Source of the DNA: Verrucomicrobiia bacterium
Lineage (GTDB): Bacteria; Verrucomicrobiota; Verrucomicrobiia; Limisphaerales; UBA11358
Direction: 5' to 3'
DNA: 40,356 bases
NCBI GenBank assembly: GCA_036501565.1
Contig: DASYAA010000079.1
Location: 1-40,356, forward strand
In this document: piece by piece, positions 15,903 to 24,320 of the stretch
Layout of the letters: every line of letters begins with the position of its first letter
Position numbering within the stretch: the first letter of the stretch is position 1
The notes under the pieces: generated by a model
The model's database searches: none
What the model was told of the DNA's origin: nothing
What the model saw: only the letters and a program-made list of their open reading frames with translations
Program-made: the position numbers and the translations under genes

Positions 15903-17957
15903 ATGTCCACAAAATTATTTTCCGAACTCGGCCTGTCCACCGAAATCCTGAAGGCCATTGACAAACTCGGCTTTGAAAAAGCCGCACCCATCCAGGCCGA
16001 GGCCATTCCCGTGCTCATGAGCGGACGCGATGTCGTCGGTCAGTCGCAGACCGGCTCTGGCAAGACGGCGGCGTTCGCGATTCCGGCGATTGAAAAAACC
16101 AACGCGAATCTGAAAGCGGTTCAAGTTTTGATTCTCTGCCCGACGCGCGAACTTGCCGTGCAGGTCGCCGAGGAATTTCACAAGCTCACGCTCTTCAAAC
16201 GCGGTATCACGTCGCTGCCGATTTATGGCGGGCAATCTTACGAGCGCCAGTTTTGGGGATTGAAACAAGGCGCGCAAATCGTCATCGGCACGCCTGGCCG
16301 CGTGATGGATCATATGCGGCGCGGCACGATCCGCCTCGAAAAAATCAAGATGGTCATCCTCGACGAAGCTGACGTGATGCTCAACATGGGTTTTCGCGAG
16401 GACATCGAAACCATTTTGAAGGACGCGCCGAAGGAACGACAGACGGTTTTCTTTTCCGCCACGATGCCGAAACCGATCCGCGACCTGATCGAAAAATATT
16501 CGCGCAATCCGCAGAACGTAAAGATTGACCAGAAGGCGATGACCGTCCCGACCGTCGAGCAGGTTTATTACGAAGTGGACCGCCGCTACAAAGTGGATCT
16601 GCTCACGCGGCTGATTGACATTTACGACCTCAAGCTCGGAATTATTTTTTGCAACACCAAGCGCATGGTGGACGACCTCGTGGATCATCTCGAAGCGCAA
16701 GGCTACATGGCCGACCGCCTGCACGGCGACATGACGCAGGCGCAGCGCGACCGCGTGATGAACAAGTTCCGCAAGTCCGGCCTCGAATTTCTTGTCGCCA
16801 CCGACATCGCCGCGCGCGGAATTGACGTGGACGATATTCAAGTCGTTTTCAATTACGATTTGCCCTACGATGGCGAAGATTACGTCCATCGCATCGGACG
16901 CACCGGACGCGCCGGGCGAACTGGCCGCGCAATTTCATTCGCCTCCGGTCGCGAACTGTTTCAGATCCGCAACATCGAGCGTTACACGAACACGAGGATT
17001 CAGCGCGCAAAAATTCCGACCGTGGACGAAGTTCACGAAGTCCGCGCGAGCCTGTTCCTCGACAAACTGCGCGCCACGCTGACCAGCGGCGAATACAAAA
17101 AACAGGATCACCTCATCGAACGTCTGCTCGAAGAAGGTTTTAATTCCACCGACATCGCGTCCGCGCTCATCCATCATTTGCAAGGTGGCGATGCCGCGCC
17201 CGCGAAACCCGCGCCGCCGGAAGAAATTTCTTTTGAACGCCCTGAACGTCCCAGCTTCCCCGACCGAAACGAAGGCCGCGACAATCGTGGCGGTCGTTTT
17301 GAAGATCGCCCCGCGCGCAATGCTCCTTTTCGCGATGACGACCGCCGCGAGCGAGCGCCTTACCGCGACACGCGCGAGCAGCGTCCGCCGCCGCGCACTT
17401 TCGGAACGCCGAACTCCGGCCCGACAGTTCCTCGCGTTCCAAAACAAATCATTCCACCGCCAGCAAAGCGTGTTGTGAAAACATTTCACGCCGCGTCTGC
17501 GCCAATCGCCCCGCCCGTTGCAAAAGCTCCAGTTACCGAACCGGCCAGTCCCAAAGTTGTCGCGCCAAAAACTTTTTCCGACGCGGAAATTCTTGCATCC
17601 GTAAAACCCGAAACGCTCGCGCCGGAATTTAGCAAACCCAAGTCCGCGCCGTTTTACGCAAAAGTTGCGCCGTCGGAATCCGCATCCAAGAAAAATCGCG
17701 TGAAACCCGAACGCAAAACGCCGGCGGATCAGACGCGACTGCACCTCAATGTCGGCGAAGAGATGGGCGTCGTGCCGATTGACATCGTGAATTCCATCGC
17801 CGGCGAAACCGGCCTGCCCGGCAAAGTCGTCGGCAAGGTGGACATCCGCGAGCGGCATTCGTTTGTGGATGTTTCCAGCGAACACGCCAACGCCATCCTC
17901 GCCAAGCTCAACCGGGCGCAAATCAAAGGGCAGAAGGTGAAAATAAAAATGGCGTGA
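15903..17957 (+). CDS. deaD: ATP-dependent DEAD-box RNA helicase (DeaD/CsdA type with C-terminal DbpA-like RNA-binding domain)
   Basis: Q motif (GFEKAAPIQ), motif I SQTGSGKT, DEAD (ILDEADVML), SAT, ARGID and HRIGRTGRAG. A long Pro/Arg-rich linker is followed by a DbpA-type domain (LHLNVGEEMGVVPIDIVNSIAGE...). Confidence 0.95.
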   Translation: MSTKLFSELGLSTEILKAIDKLGFEKAAPIQAEAIPVLMSGRDVVGQSQTGSGKTAAFAIPAIEKTNANLKAVQVLILCPTRELAVQVAEEFHKLTLFKRGITSLPIYGGQSYERQFWGLKQGAQIVIGTPGRVMDHMRRGTIRLEKIKMVILDEADVMLNMGFREDIETILKDAPKERQTVFFSATMPKPIRDLIEKYSRNPQNVKIDQKAMTVPTVEQVYYEVDRRYKVDLLTRLIDIYDLKLGIIFCNTKRMVDDLVDHLEAQGYMADRLHGDMTQAQRDRVMNKFRKSGLEFLVATDIAARGIDVDDIQVVFNYDLPYDGEDYVHRIGRTGRAGRTGRAISFASGRELFQIRNIERYTNTRIQRAKIPTVDEVHEVRASLFLDKLRATLTSGEYKKQDHLIERLLEEGFNSTDIASALIHHLQGGDAAPAKPAPPEEISFERPERPSFPDRNEGRDNRGGRFEDRPARNAPFRDDDRRERAPYRDTREQRPPPRTFGTPNSGPTVPRVPKQIIPPPAKRVVKTFHAASAPIAPPVAKAPVTEPASPKVVAPKTFSDAEILASVKPETLAPEFSKPKSAPFYAKVAPSESASKKNRVKPERKTPADQTRLHLNVGEEMGVVPIDIVNSIAGETGLPGKVVGKVDIRERHSFVDVSSEHANAILAKLNRAQIKGQKVKIKMA

Positions 17958-18048
17958 ACGGCGCGTGGTTTTGCGCGGCGAAAATTTCCAGGTTGGATTT
18001 CAAAAATAATCTCGTGCCATTTCCAGAAATTCGTGTCTTAATTTTCCC

Positions 18049-18456
18049 GTGAACATTCAAGTGGCGACCCTTTGCGACGCGGCGACGGACGACAACGGAA
18101 AATTAAATTTGCTCGGCGCGTTCGACACGATTTTCGCGGCGCAATTGCCCGCCATGCATCCACAATGCTCTGTCGCGCTGCGCGTCACGTTCATGTCCGG
18201 CGACGAAGGCGAACGCAAATTGAAATTGAATTTTGTGAACGCCGACGGCAAGAGCATCATGCCGCCAATTGAAATTCCCGTCGCCATCGCGCTGCCGGAA
18301 GACGCGCATTTTCTCACGCGCAATTTCATCGTCAACATTCAGGGATTGAAATTTCCCGAAGCCGGGCTTTATTCCGTTGACGTGCGGCTGGACGACAAAT
18401 CGCAGGCGGGAATTCCGCTGCAAATCAAACTTCTGCCGTCGCGCGAAGCGGCGTAA
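18049..18456 (+). CDS. Hypothetical protein (135 aa, predicted beta-rich, no signal peptide)
   Basis: GTG start. The frame is clean and the codon usage matches the genome. I cannot name a family with confidence. Confidence 0.6.
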   Translation: MNIQVATLCDAATDDNGKLNLLGAFDTIFAAQLPAMHPQCSVALRVTFMSGDEGERKLKLNFVNADGKSIMPPIEIPVAIALPEDAHFLTRNFIVNIQGLKFPEAGLYSVDVRLDDKSQAGIPLQIKLLPSREAA

Positions 18457-18460
18457 TCCA

Positions 18461-18511
18461 TTTACGATTTATGATTTTATTCGCGGCTTTGGAAAAATCA
18501 TAAATCATAAA
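18461..18511. repeat. 18-bp inverted repeat (hairpin) built from AATCRTA heptamers
   Basis: tttacgatttatgatttt (18461-18478) pairs with aaaatcataaatcataaa (18494-18511) with one mismatch and a 15-nt loop. It may act as a terminator after the 18049..18456 gene. Confidence 0.6.
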
Positions 18512-18524
18512 TTTGCCCCGACTT

Positions 18525-18552
18525 TGAACCTTGAACTCTGAACTCTGAACTT
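18525..18552. repeat. Heptanucleotide tandem repeat TGAACYY x4 upstream of purC
   Basis: The sequence tgaacct tgaactc tgaactc tgaactt was read directly. Confidence 0.8.
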
Positions 18553-18564
18553 AATAATTTCCGC

Positions 18565-19464
18565 ATGGCAAATTCACAAAACGAAACCGTCCTGCAACTC
18601 GATCTGCCTGGCATCAAAAAAGTCCGCTCCGGCAAGGTTCGCGAAGTCTTTGACCTCGGCGACAGTTTCCTGCTCGTCGCCAGCGACCGCATCTCCGCCT
18701 TCGACGTCATCATGCCCAACGGCATTCCGCGCAAAGGCGAAGTGCTCACGCAGGTCTCGCATTTTTGGTTTGAAAAATTTTCCGCGCTCGTCCCAAATCA
18801 TCTGCTTGCGGGCGCGAACGATCCGTTGCCGAAAAATTTGCAGCCGTTCGCCGACAAACTCGCGCGCCGCAGCATGATCGTTAAAAAAGCCACGCCGCTC
18901 GCCATCGAGTGCATCGTGCGCGGCTATCTTTCCGGCAGCGGTTGGAAGGAATATAAAAAATCGCAAACCGTTTGCGGAATCAAATTGGCCGCCGGTTTGA
19001 CTGAATCCGCCGAGGTGCCTGAACCGATTTTCACGCCATCCACCAAAGCCGAAGAAGGCCACGACGAAAATATTTCATTTGAAGAAGCGCAAAAAATTGT
19101 TGGCGCGGAACTCGCGAATCAAGCGCGCGACTTGAGCCTGAAGATTTACAAGGCCGGACGCGATTACGCCCGGCAACGCGGCATCATCATCGCCGACACA
19201 AAATTCGAGTTCGGCCTGTTCGAGGGCAAATTGATTTTGATTGATGAAGTGTTGACACCGGATTCCTCGCGCTTCTGGCCCGCCGACCAATACGCGCCTG
19301 GCAGCGGCCAGCCGAGCTTCGACAAGCAATTCGTCCGCGACTATCTCGAAACGCTGACGTGGGACAAAACCCCGCCCGGCCCGAAACTGCCGGACGACGT
19401 CGTCGCCAAAACCAGCGCGAAGTATTTGGAAGCGTATGAAAAGTTGACGGGAAAGGAATTATAA
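18565..19464 (+). CDS. purC: Phosphoribosylaminoimidazole-succinocarboxamide synthase (SAICAR synthetase)
   Basis: 299 aa, long-form PurC. The motifs GKVREVF, ASDRISAFD and IIIADTKFEFG are present. Confidence 0.97.
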   Translation: MANSQNETVLQLDLPGIKKVRSGKVREVFDLGDSFLLVASDRISAFDVIMPNGIPRKGEVLTQVSHFWFEKFSALVPNHLLAGANDPLPKNLQPFADKLARRSMIVKKATPLAIECIVRGYLSGSGWKEYKKSQTVCGIKLAAGLTESAEVPEPIFTPSTKAEEGHDENISFEEAQKIVGAELANQARDLSLKIYKAGRDYARQRGIIIADTKFEFGLFEGKLILIDEVLTPDSSRFWPADQYAPGSGQPSFDKQFVRDYLETLTWDKTPPGPKLPDDVVAKTSAKYLEAYEKLTGKEL

Positions 19465-19465
19465 A

Positions 19466-19717
19466 ATGGCACGTCGTAAAAAATACAAGCTCGCAGATTT
19501 TCCAGAAGCTGGAACTGTATTTGTAATGCCGTGGGAAGGTGGACGCGTAGGCATTTGTCGAGTTATACGAAAAGGGATTATACGAGACGAGGTAAATGGA
19601 ATTCCGGGCGCTCTTATCGCTGTTTCTGACTGGATTTCAAAAGAGCCGCCGCCATTAAACCATCCCGCAGTGCGAAAAATCCTTGTAAAAAATCATCATA
19701 ATTGGAAGACATTGTGA
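19466..19717 (+). CDS. Small hypothetical protein (83 aa), AT-richer, possibly a gene remnant
   Basis: The ATG lies 1 nt after the purC stop. GC is about 44% by eye. The N-terminal pattern KK..L.DFPEAGTVFVMPWEGGRVGICRVI loosely resembles N-termini of some polymorphic-toxin immunity proteins. This is from memory and unverified. Confidence 0.45.
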   Translation: MARRKKYKLADFPEAGTVFVMPWEGGRVGICRVIRKGIIRDEVNGIPGALIAVSDWISKEPPPLNHPAVRKILVKNHHNWKTL

Positions 19718-19787
19718 ATGCGGCAAAATTTCCCGACTTGATAGAAAAAGTTGAAGATTGGAAAGATTGGTAAGTGTCCTTTGAATT

Positions 19788-20708
19788 GTGCAAACGCTCG
19801 TCGAAGATTTTCTGCAATACCTGCGCCACGAGCGCGGGCAGTCGGACAACACGGTGAAAACTTACGCCGCGCTACTCGGCAAATTCACCGATTGGGCGGC
19901 GAAACAAAATCTCACGGACTGGAAATCGGTCGAGCTGAAACATCTCATGGCGTTCCTGCAACACGAACGCGCCCGTCCGCTCGCCGACGAGCCGAAGGAA
20001 TCCACCAAGCGTTTGAGCGGCGAGAGTGTTTATCTCGAAATCGCCGCGCTGCGGGCGTTTTACAAATTCGCCGAGAACGAAAATCTGCTGCCCGCGAACA
20101 TCGCGGAAAATCTTTCACTGCCGCGACGTTGGAAACGATTGCCAAAAGCGTTGTCGAACGACGAAATAAAAAAATTGCTCGAACCGGAAAATCCCGAAAC
20201 GCCGGAAAGTTTGTGCGACCAGGCGATTTTGGAACTGGCTTACGCTTCCGGTTTGCGCTTGTCCGAATTGAAAAATCTGCGGCTGGAGCAGCTTCATCTC
20301 GACGCCGGATTCATCAACGTCATCGGCAAAGGAAATAAAGAGCGCGTCGTGCCGGTGGGCAAAAAAGCCGTGGAAGCGTTGAATCGTTACATCGAGATTG
20401 GTCGGCCAAAACTGGTCACGCAGAAATCACCGGCGAATGTTTTTCTCACGCAGCGCGGCACGCCGTTTGCAGCGGTGACACTGTGGCTGCACATCAAGAA
20501 TCGCGTCCGTCGCGCCGGAGTTTCGCGCAACATCACGCCGCATATGCTGCGGCACAGTTTCGCGACGCATCTTTTGGAGCACGGCGCGGATTTGCGCGTG
20601 ATTCAGGAATTGCTCGGTCACGCGAACATCAGCACGACGGAGGTTTACACGCACGTCACAGGGAATCGGCTGCGGGAAATTCACCGAAAATTTCACCCGC
20701 GAGCCTGA
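19788..20708 (+). CDS. xerD: Site-specific tyrosine recombinase, XerD-like (XerC/XerD family)
   Basis: GTG start. The N-terminal SAM-like domain is FLQYLRHERGQSDNTVKTY. The catalytic region is LRLSEL...HMLRHSFATHLLEHGADLRVIQELLGHANISTTEVYTHV. The C-terminal ...RLREIHRKFHPRA resembles E. coli XerD. Confidence 0.88.
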   Translation: MQTLVEDFLQYLRHERGQSDNTVKTYAALLGKFTDWAAKQNLTDWKSVELKHLMAFLQHERARPLADEPKESTKRLSGESVYLEIAALRAFYKFAENENLLPANIAENLSLPRRWKRLPKALSNDEIKKLLEPENPETPESLCDQAILELAYASGLRLSELKNLRLEQLHLDAGFINVIGKGNKERVVPVGKKAVEALNRYIEIGRPKLVTQKSPANVFLTQRGTPFAAVTLWLHIKNRVRRAGVSRNITPHMLRHSFATHLLEHGADLRVIQELLGHANISTTEVYTHVTGNRLREIHRKFHPRA

Positions 20709-20734
20709 AAAGTGGCTTCGGAAAATTTTAAGAA

Positions 20735-20968
20735 TCAAGCGCCGTTGTCACCGATGGCCTCGACCGGACAGCCCTCCTTGGCTTCTTTGCAGCGCGCTTC
20801 CTCTTCGGGCGTCGTCGGTTGCTTGTAAACGAACGAGTATCCGCCGTCGTCATTGCGCTTGAAATTGTCGGGCGCGGTTTCGCGGCACAGGTCGCAGTCA
20901 ATGCACTGGTTGTCCACGTAGTATTTGCCCGGGACACTTTCGGGATATTTATTTGCGACATCTGCCAT
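20735..20968 (-). CDS. Single-cluster 4Fe-4S ferredoxin
   Basis: 77 aa with CIDCDLC...CP cysteine spacing and the GKYYVDNQCIDC motif typical of small ferredoxins. Confidence 0.88.
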   Translation of the reverse strand: MADVANKYPESVPGKYYVDNQCIDCDLCRETAPDNFKRNDDGGYSFVYKQPTTPEEEARCKEAKEGCPVEAIGDNGA

Positions 20969-21085
20969 AAATTCGTGGAAGAAATATGGATTTAATTTCG
21001 GGCACTGGCAAGTCTCATTTGGAATTACATAAATTCAATTCGATTAGACTTTTAATCGCCTCACATATTTGCAATCGTTTTTCCC

Positions 21086-22504
21086 ATGCAACGAGGAACC
21101 GTTCGCCGCACAAAAATAATTTCAACGCTCGGTCCCGCCACAGACTCCGCCGAAATGATCGGCAAGCTCATTGACGCGGGCGTCAACATTTTCCGGCTCA
21201 ACATGTCGCACGCGCCGCACGACTGGGTGCGCCGCGTGTTCGCCGCCATCCGCGCCGAGTCCGTCAAACGCGCGCGCTTCACCGGCATCATGATGGACAC
21301 GCAAGGCCCGGCGATTCGCACGGGAGATTTGGGCGTCCCGCTCGATTTGCAGCCCGGCCAGAAATTTACTTTGACCGTGCGCGGCGAACGCGATTTGGAA
21401 CAGCATTCGGTGGATGTGAACTATGAAAATTTCATCAACGACATCAGCGTCGGCGACGTCGTGCTGATTGACAACGGCACGATTCAAATGAAAGTCCTCG
21501 CCAAAAACGGCAACAAAGTGGAATGCGAAGTTCTCACCGAAGGAAAACTCGGTAGCCGACGTCACATCAATTTGCCCGGCGTCAAAGTCAGCTTGCCCGC
21601 GCTCACGTCGAAAGACATCAAAGACGTGAAGCTCGGTTTGGAACTTGGCGTGGATTTCATTGCGCTTTCATTCGTGCGCGAAGCGAGAGATTTATTACAA
21701 CTGCGCGAAATGTTTGAAGAAGGCAAATCGCATCCGCTCGTCATTGCCAAAATCGAAGACCAGGAAGCGATTAAAAATCTTGATGCGATTGTCCACGAAG
21801 CCGACGGCATCATGGTTGCGCGCGGCGATTTGGGAATTGAAATTCCTTACGAAGAATTGCCAATTGTGCAGCGCCGCATCGTCAAAACCTGTCTGCGCAT
21901 CGGACGTCCCGTCATCGTCGCCACGCACATGCTCGAAAGCATGATTGAATCGCCGATGCCGACGCGCGCCGAAGTCACCGACGTGGCCAACGCCGTTTTT
22001 GAAGAAGCCGACGCCATCATGTTGAGCGGTGAAACGACCGTCGGAAAATATCCGCTCAAGTGCATCGAGGTTTTTGACAAGATTGCGACGCGCATCGAAC
22101 GCAGCGGCAGCGCGCAATTTCACGATTTGGCGGAATTGACGACCGCGCGGCAGAAGCTCGTCAAAAGCGCCGTCGTCATGGCCAACGAATTGAAGGCGGC
22201 GGCCATCATGGTTTTCACGCGGCACGGCAGCATGGCGCAATACGCCAGTTGGATGCGTCCGCATTACTCGCCCATTTACGCGATGTGCGAGAATGAAAAG
22301 GCCGCGAACGAAATGGCATTGTGCTGGGGCGTCACACCGTTCGTCATGCCGTTCGATTTCATCAATCCGCAGAACACGATTGAAACCGCGCTGAAAAATC
22401 TGGCCGAACAAGGCCGTTTGCAGACCAGCGCGACAGTCGTGATCATCGGCGCAATCTCCGTCGGCACGGAAATCGTGGACGCCGTGCAGATGCGGACGGT
22501 GTAA
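21086..22504 (+). CDS. pyk: Pyruvate kinase
   Basis: 472 aa with RRTKIISTLGPAT, NMSHA, MVARGDLGIEIP and MLSGETT. Confidence 0.97.
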   Translation: MQRGTVRRTKIISTLGPATDSAEMIGKLIDAGVNIFRLNMSHAPHDWVRRVFAAIRAESVKRARFTGIMMDTQGPAIRTGDLGVPLDLQPGQKFTLTVRGERDLEQHSVDVNYENFINDISVGDVVLIDNGTIQMKVLAKNGNKVECEVLTEGKLGSRRHINLPGVKVSLPALTSKDIKDVKLGLELGVDFIALSFVREARDLLQLREMFEEGKSHPLVIAKIEDQEAIKNLDAIVHEADGIMVARGDLGIEIPYEELPIVQRRIVKTCLRIGRPVIVATHMLESMIESPMPTRAEVTDVANAVFEEADAIMLSGETTVGKYPLKCIEVFDKIATRIERSGSAQFHDLAELTTARQKLVKSAVVMANELKAAAIMVFTRHGSMAQYASWMRPHYSPIYAMCENEKAANEMALCWGVTPFVMPFDFINPQNTIETALKNLAEQGRLQTSATVVIIGAISVGTEIVDAVQMRTV

Positions 22505-22556
22505 TTCCATAAAGTTCATCACTTGACTGCAGCGCCGGACAGGCCGAGGTTAAGCC

Positions 22557-22862
22557 ATGAAAACGTATGGAACATTACTGGCGATTGGAATGCTCGCCGT
22601 TCTTCAAGTGACCGCCGCGCCGCGACCGGAAGATTCTTCGGCTAACATGACGGCGGAAGGAAAAATCCAAGTGTTCACGCCATTGACTGCGTCGGCTCAA
22701 ACACCGGAAGATAAAAATAAAATTGAACGTTATGGGAATATGAGTTCGCAGCCGTGGACGCAAATTGTTGGCTGGCATCCGGGCACATCACAGTTCCCCG
22801 ACGCCGAGACGCACGAATCGCAGCTGACCTTGATTTGGATCGGTCACGAACCGTGGCAATAA
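22557..22862 (+). CDS. Small secreted hypothetical protein
   Basis: 101 aa with an N-terminal signal peptide (MKTYGTLLAIGMLAVLQVTAAP). It is convergent with nuoN, with only 9 nt between the stops. Confidence 0.55.
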   Translation: MKTYGTLLAIGMLAVLQVTAAPRPEDSSANMTAEGKIQVFTPLTASAQTPEDKNKIERYGNMSSQPWTQIVGWHPGTSQFPDAETHESQLTLIWIGHEPWQ

Positions 22863-22871
22863 TCGCTGGAA

Positions 22872-24320
22872 TTATTTGAGAACGCTTGCCGCTTGCTCGG
22901 CGAGATTCAAAACTGTGTTCGGAAAAATTCCGAGCCAGAGCATTCCGGCGATGCAAATCACCAGCGAAAATTTTATCGGCGACGATAAAAAAATGGGCGA
23001 TAAATCCGGCGTGTATTTACTCCAAAAAATCGCGCGCACAACGCCAAAATAATAATAGAGCGAAATGACCACTCCGGCGAGCGCGATGAATGCGAGCCAA
23101 TAATAAGCGTGATTTTGAGCGCCCTGTTCGATGACGGCGCGCAGCAATAAAAATTTTCCAAAAAATCCAGCGAGCGGTGGAATGCCCGCGAGCGAAATCA
23201 TCGCGAGCGTCATCGTTGAGGCGAGCAGCGGCGAACGTTGATTCAATCCGGCCAGCGTGGAAATATCTTCGCTTTCCAAATGTTGCATCACGAGAACGAT
23301 GACCGTGAACGACGCGACGACGGTAAATAAATATCCGGCGAAATAATACATGAGTGCCGCCTGCCCGCTCGCGCTCAATGCCGCCACGCCAAGCAGCAAA
23401 TAACCCGCGTGCGCGATGCTCGAATAACCGAGCAGCCGTTTCAAATTGCGTTGCGGAATCGCGCACAAATTTCCGTAAAGAATTGTGGCGGCGGAAATGA
23501 TAATTAAAAAATTTTGCCAATGCGCCGCGACGCTCGGAATTGCCGTGAACAAAACGCGCAGCAGCAAAACAAATCCGGCGGCTTTAGAACCGACAGCAAG
23601 AAACGCGGTCGTCGGCGTGGGCGCGCCTTGATAAACGTCGGGCACCCAGATTTGAAACGGCACAGCGGCGATTTTGAATCCAAGCCCGGTGAGCAAAAAT
23701 AAAACGCCGATCAGAAAAATTTTGTTATCGAGAAATTGCGGCGCGACTTGCGCGAGTTCGGTAAAATTCATTTTGCCGGTCGTTCCCCAAATCAGCGCGA
23801 TACCAAAAACCATGAACGCGGACGACAACGCGCCGATGATTAAATATTTCACGCCCGCTTCAAGTGAAGCCATTTTGTTGCGCTGAAAACTGACGAGCAC
23901 GTAAAACGGGACGGTGATAAGTTCGATGGAAACGAAGAGCATCGCAAAATTATTTGAGGAAGCCGCGAACAACATTCCCGCCAGCGCAAAAATGATGAGC
24001 GAATAAAATTCAGAAATGCCGCTGGAAATTTTTTCGGAAAATTCCGCCGACAAGAATAAAACGAGAATTGCGGCGGTGAGAAAAAATCTTTTGAAAAATA
24101 AAGCGAGTCCGTCTTCGATGAACGAGCCCGTGAACGCGGTGCCGAACGAACTGCAAATGCCTTCGCCGCTAAAACTGATGAGCAATAGAACACCGAGCGC
24201 GACTGCGCCGAAATATGCGAGAAATTTTTTGCGCGCGGGAGAAATCCAAAAATCCGCGAGCAGCAGCACGATGCCGATGGCGATGACGCAAAGCTCGAGG
24301 GTGATCAATGAGGAGTTCAT
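22872..24320 (-). CDS. nuoN: NADH-quinone oxidoreductase subunit N
   Basis: About 482 aa polytopic antiporter-like subunit and the last gene of the nuo array. The ATG at 24320 shares one base with the nuoM TGA (TGATG); a TTG at 24323 is also in frame. Confidence 0.93.
   Translation of the reverse strand: MNSSLITLELCVIAIGIVLLLADFWISPARKKFLAYFGAVALGVLLLISFSGEGICSSFGTAFTGSFIEDGLALFFKRFFLTAAILVLFLSAEFSEKISSGISEFYSLIIFALAGMLFAASSNNFAMLFVSIELITVPFYVLVSFQRNKMASLEAGVKYLIIGALSSAFMVFGIALIWGTTGKMNFTELAQVAPQFLDNKIFLIGVLFLLTGLGFKIAAVPFQIWVPDVYQGAPTPTTAFLAVGSKAAGFVLLLRVLFTAIPSVAAHWQNFLIIISAATILYGNLCAIPQRNLKRLLGYSSIAHAGYLLLGVAALSASGQAALMYYFAGYLFTVVASFTVIVLVMQHLESEDISTLAGLNQRSPLLASTMTLAMISLAGIPPLAGFFGKFLLLRAVIEQGAQNHAYYWLAFIALAGVVISLYYYFGVVRAIFWSKYTPDLSPIFLSSPIKFSLVICIAGMLWLGIFPNTVLNLAEQAASVLK

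Noticed and set aside
19788-20708. The tyrosine recombinase as the integrase of a mobile element or genomic island.
   Set aside because: The sequence is XerD-like over its full length, including the C-terminal tail. Its GC content matches the genome. There is no adjacent excisionase, phage genes, tRNA or flanking direct repeats that I could see.
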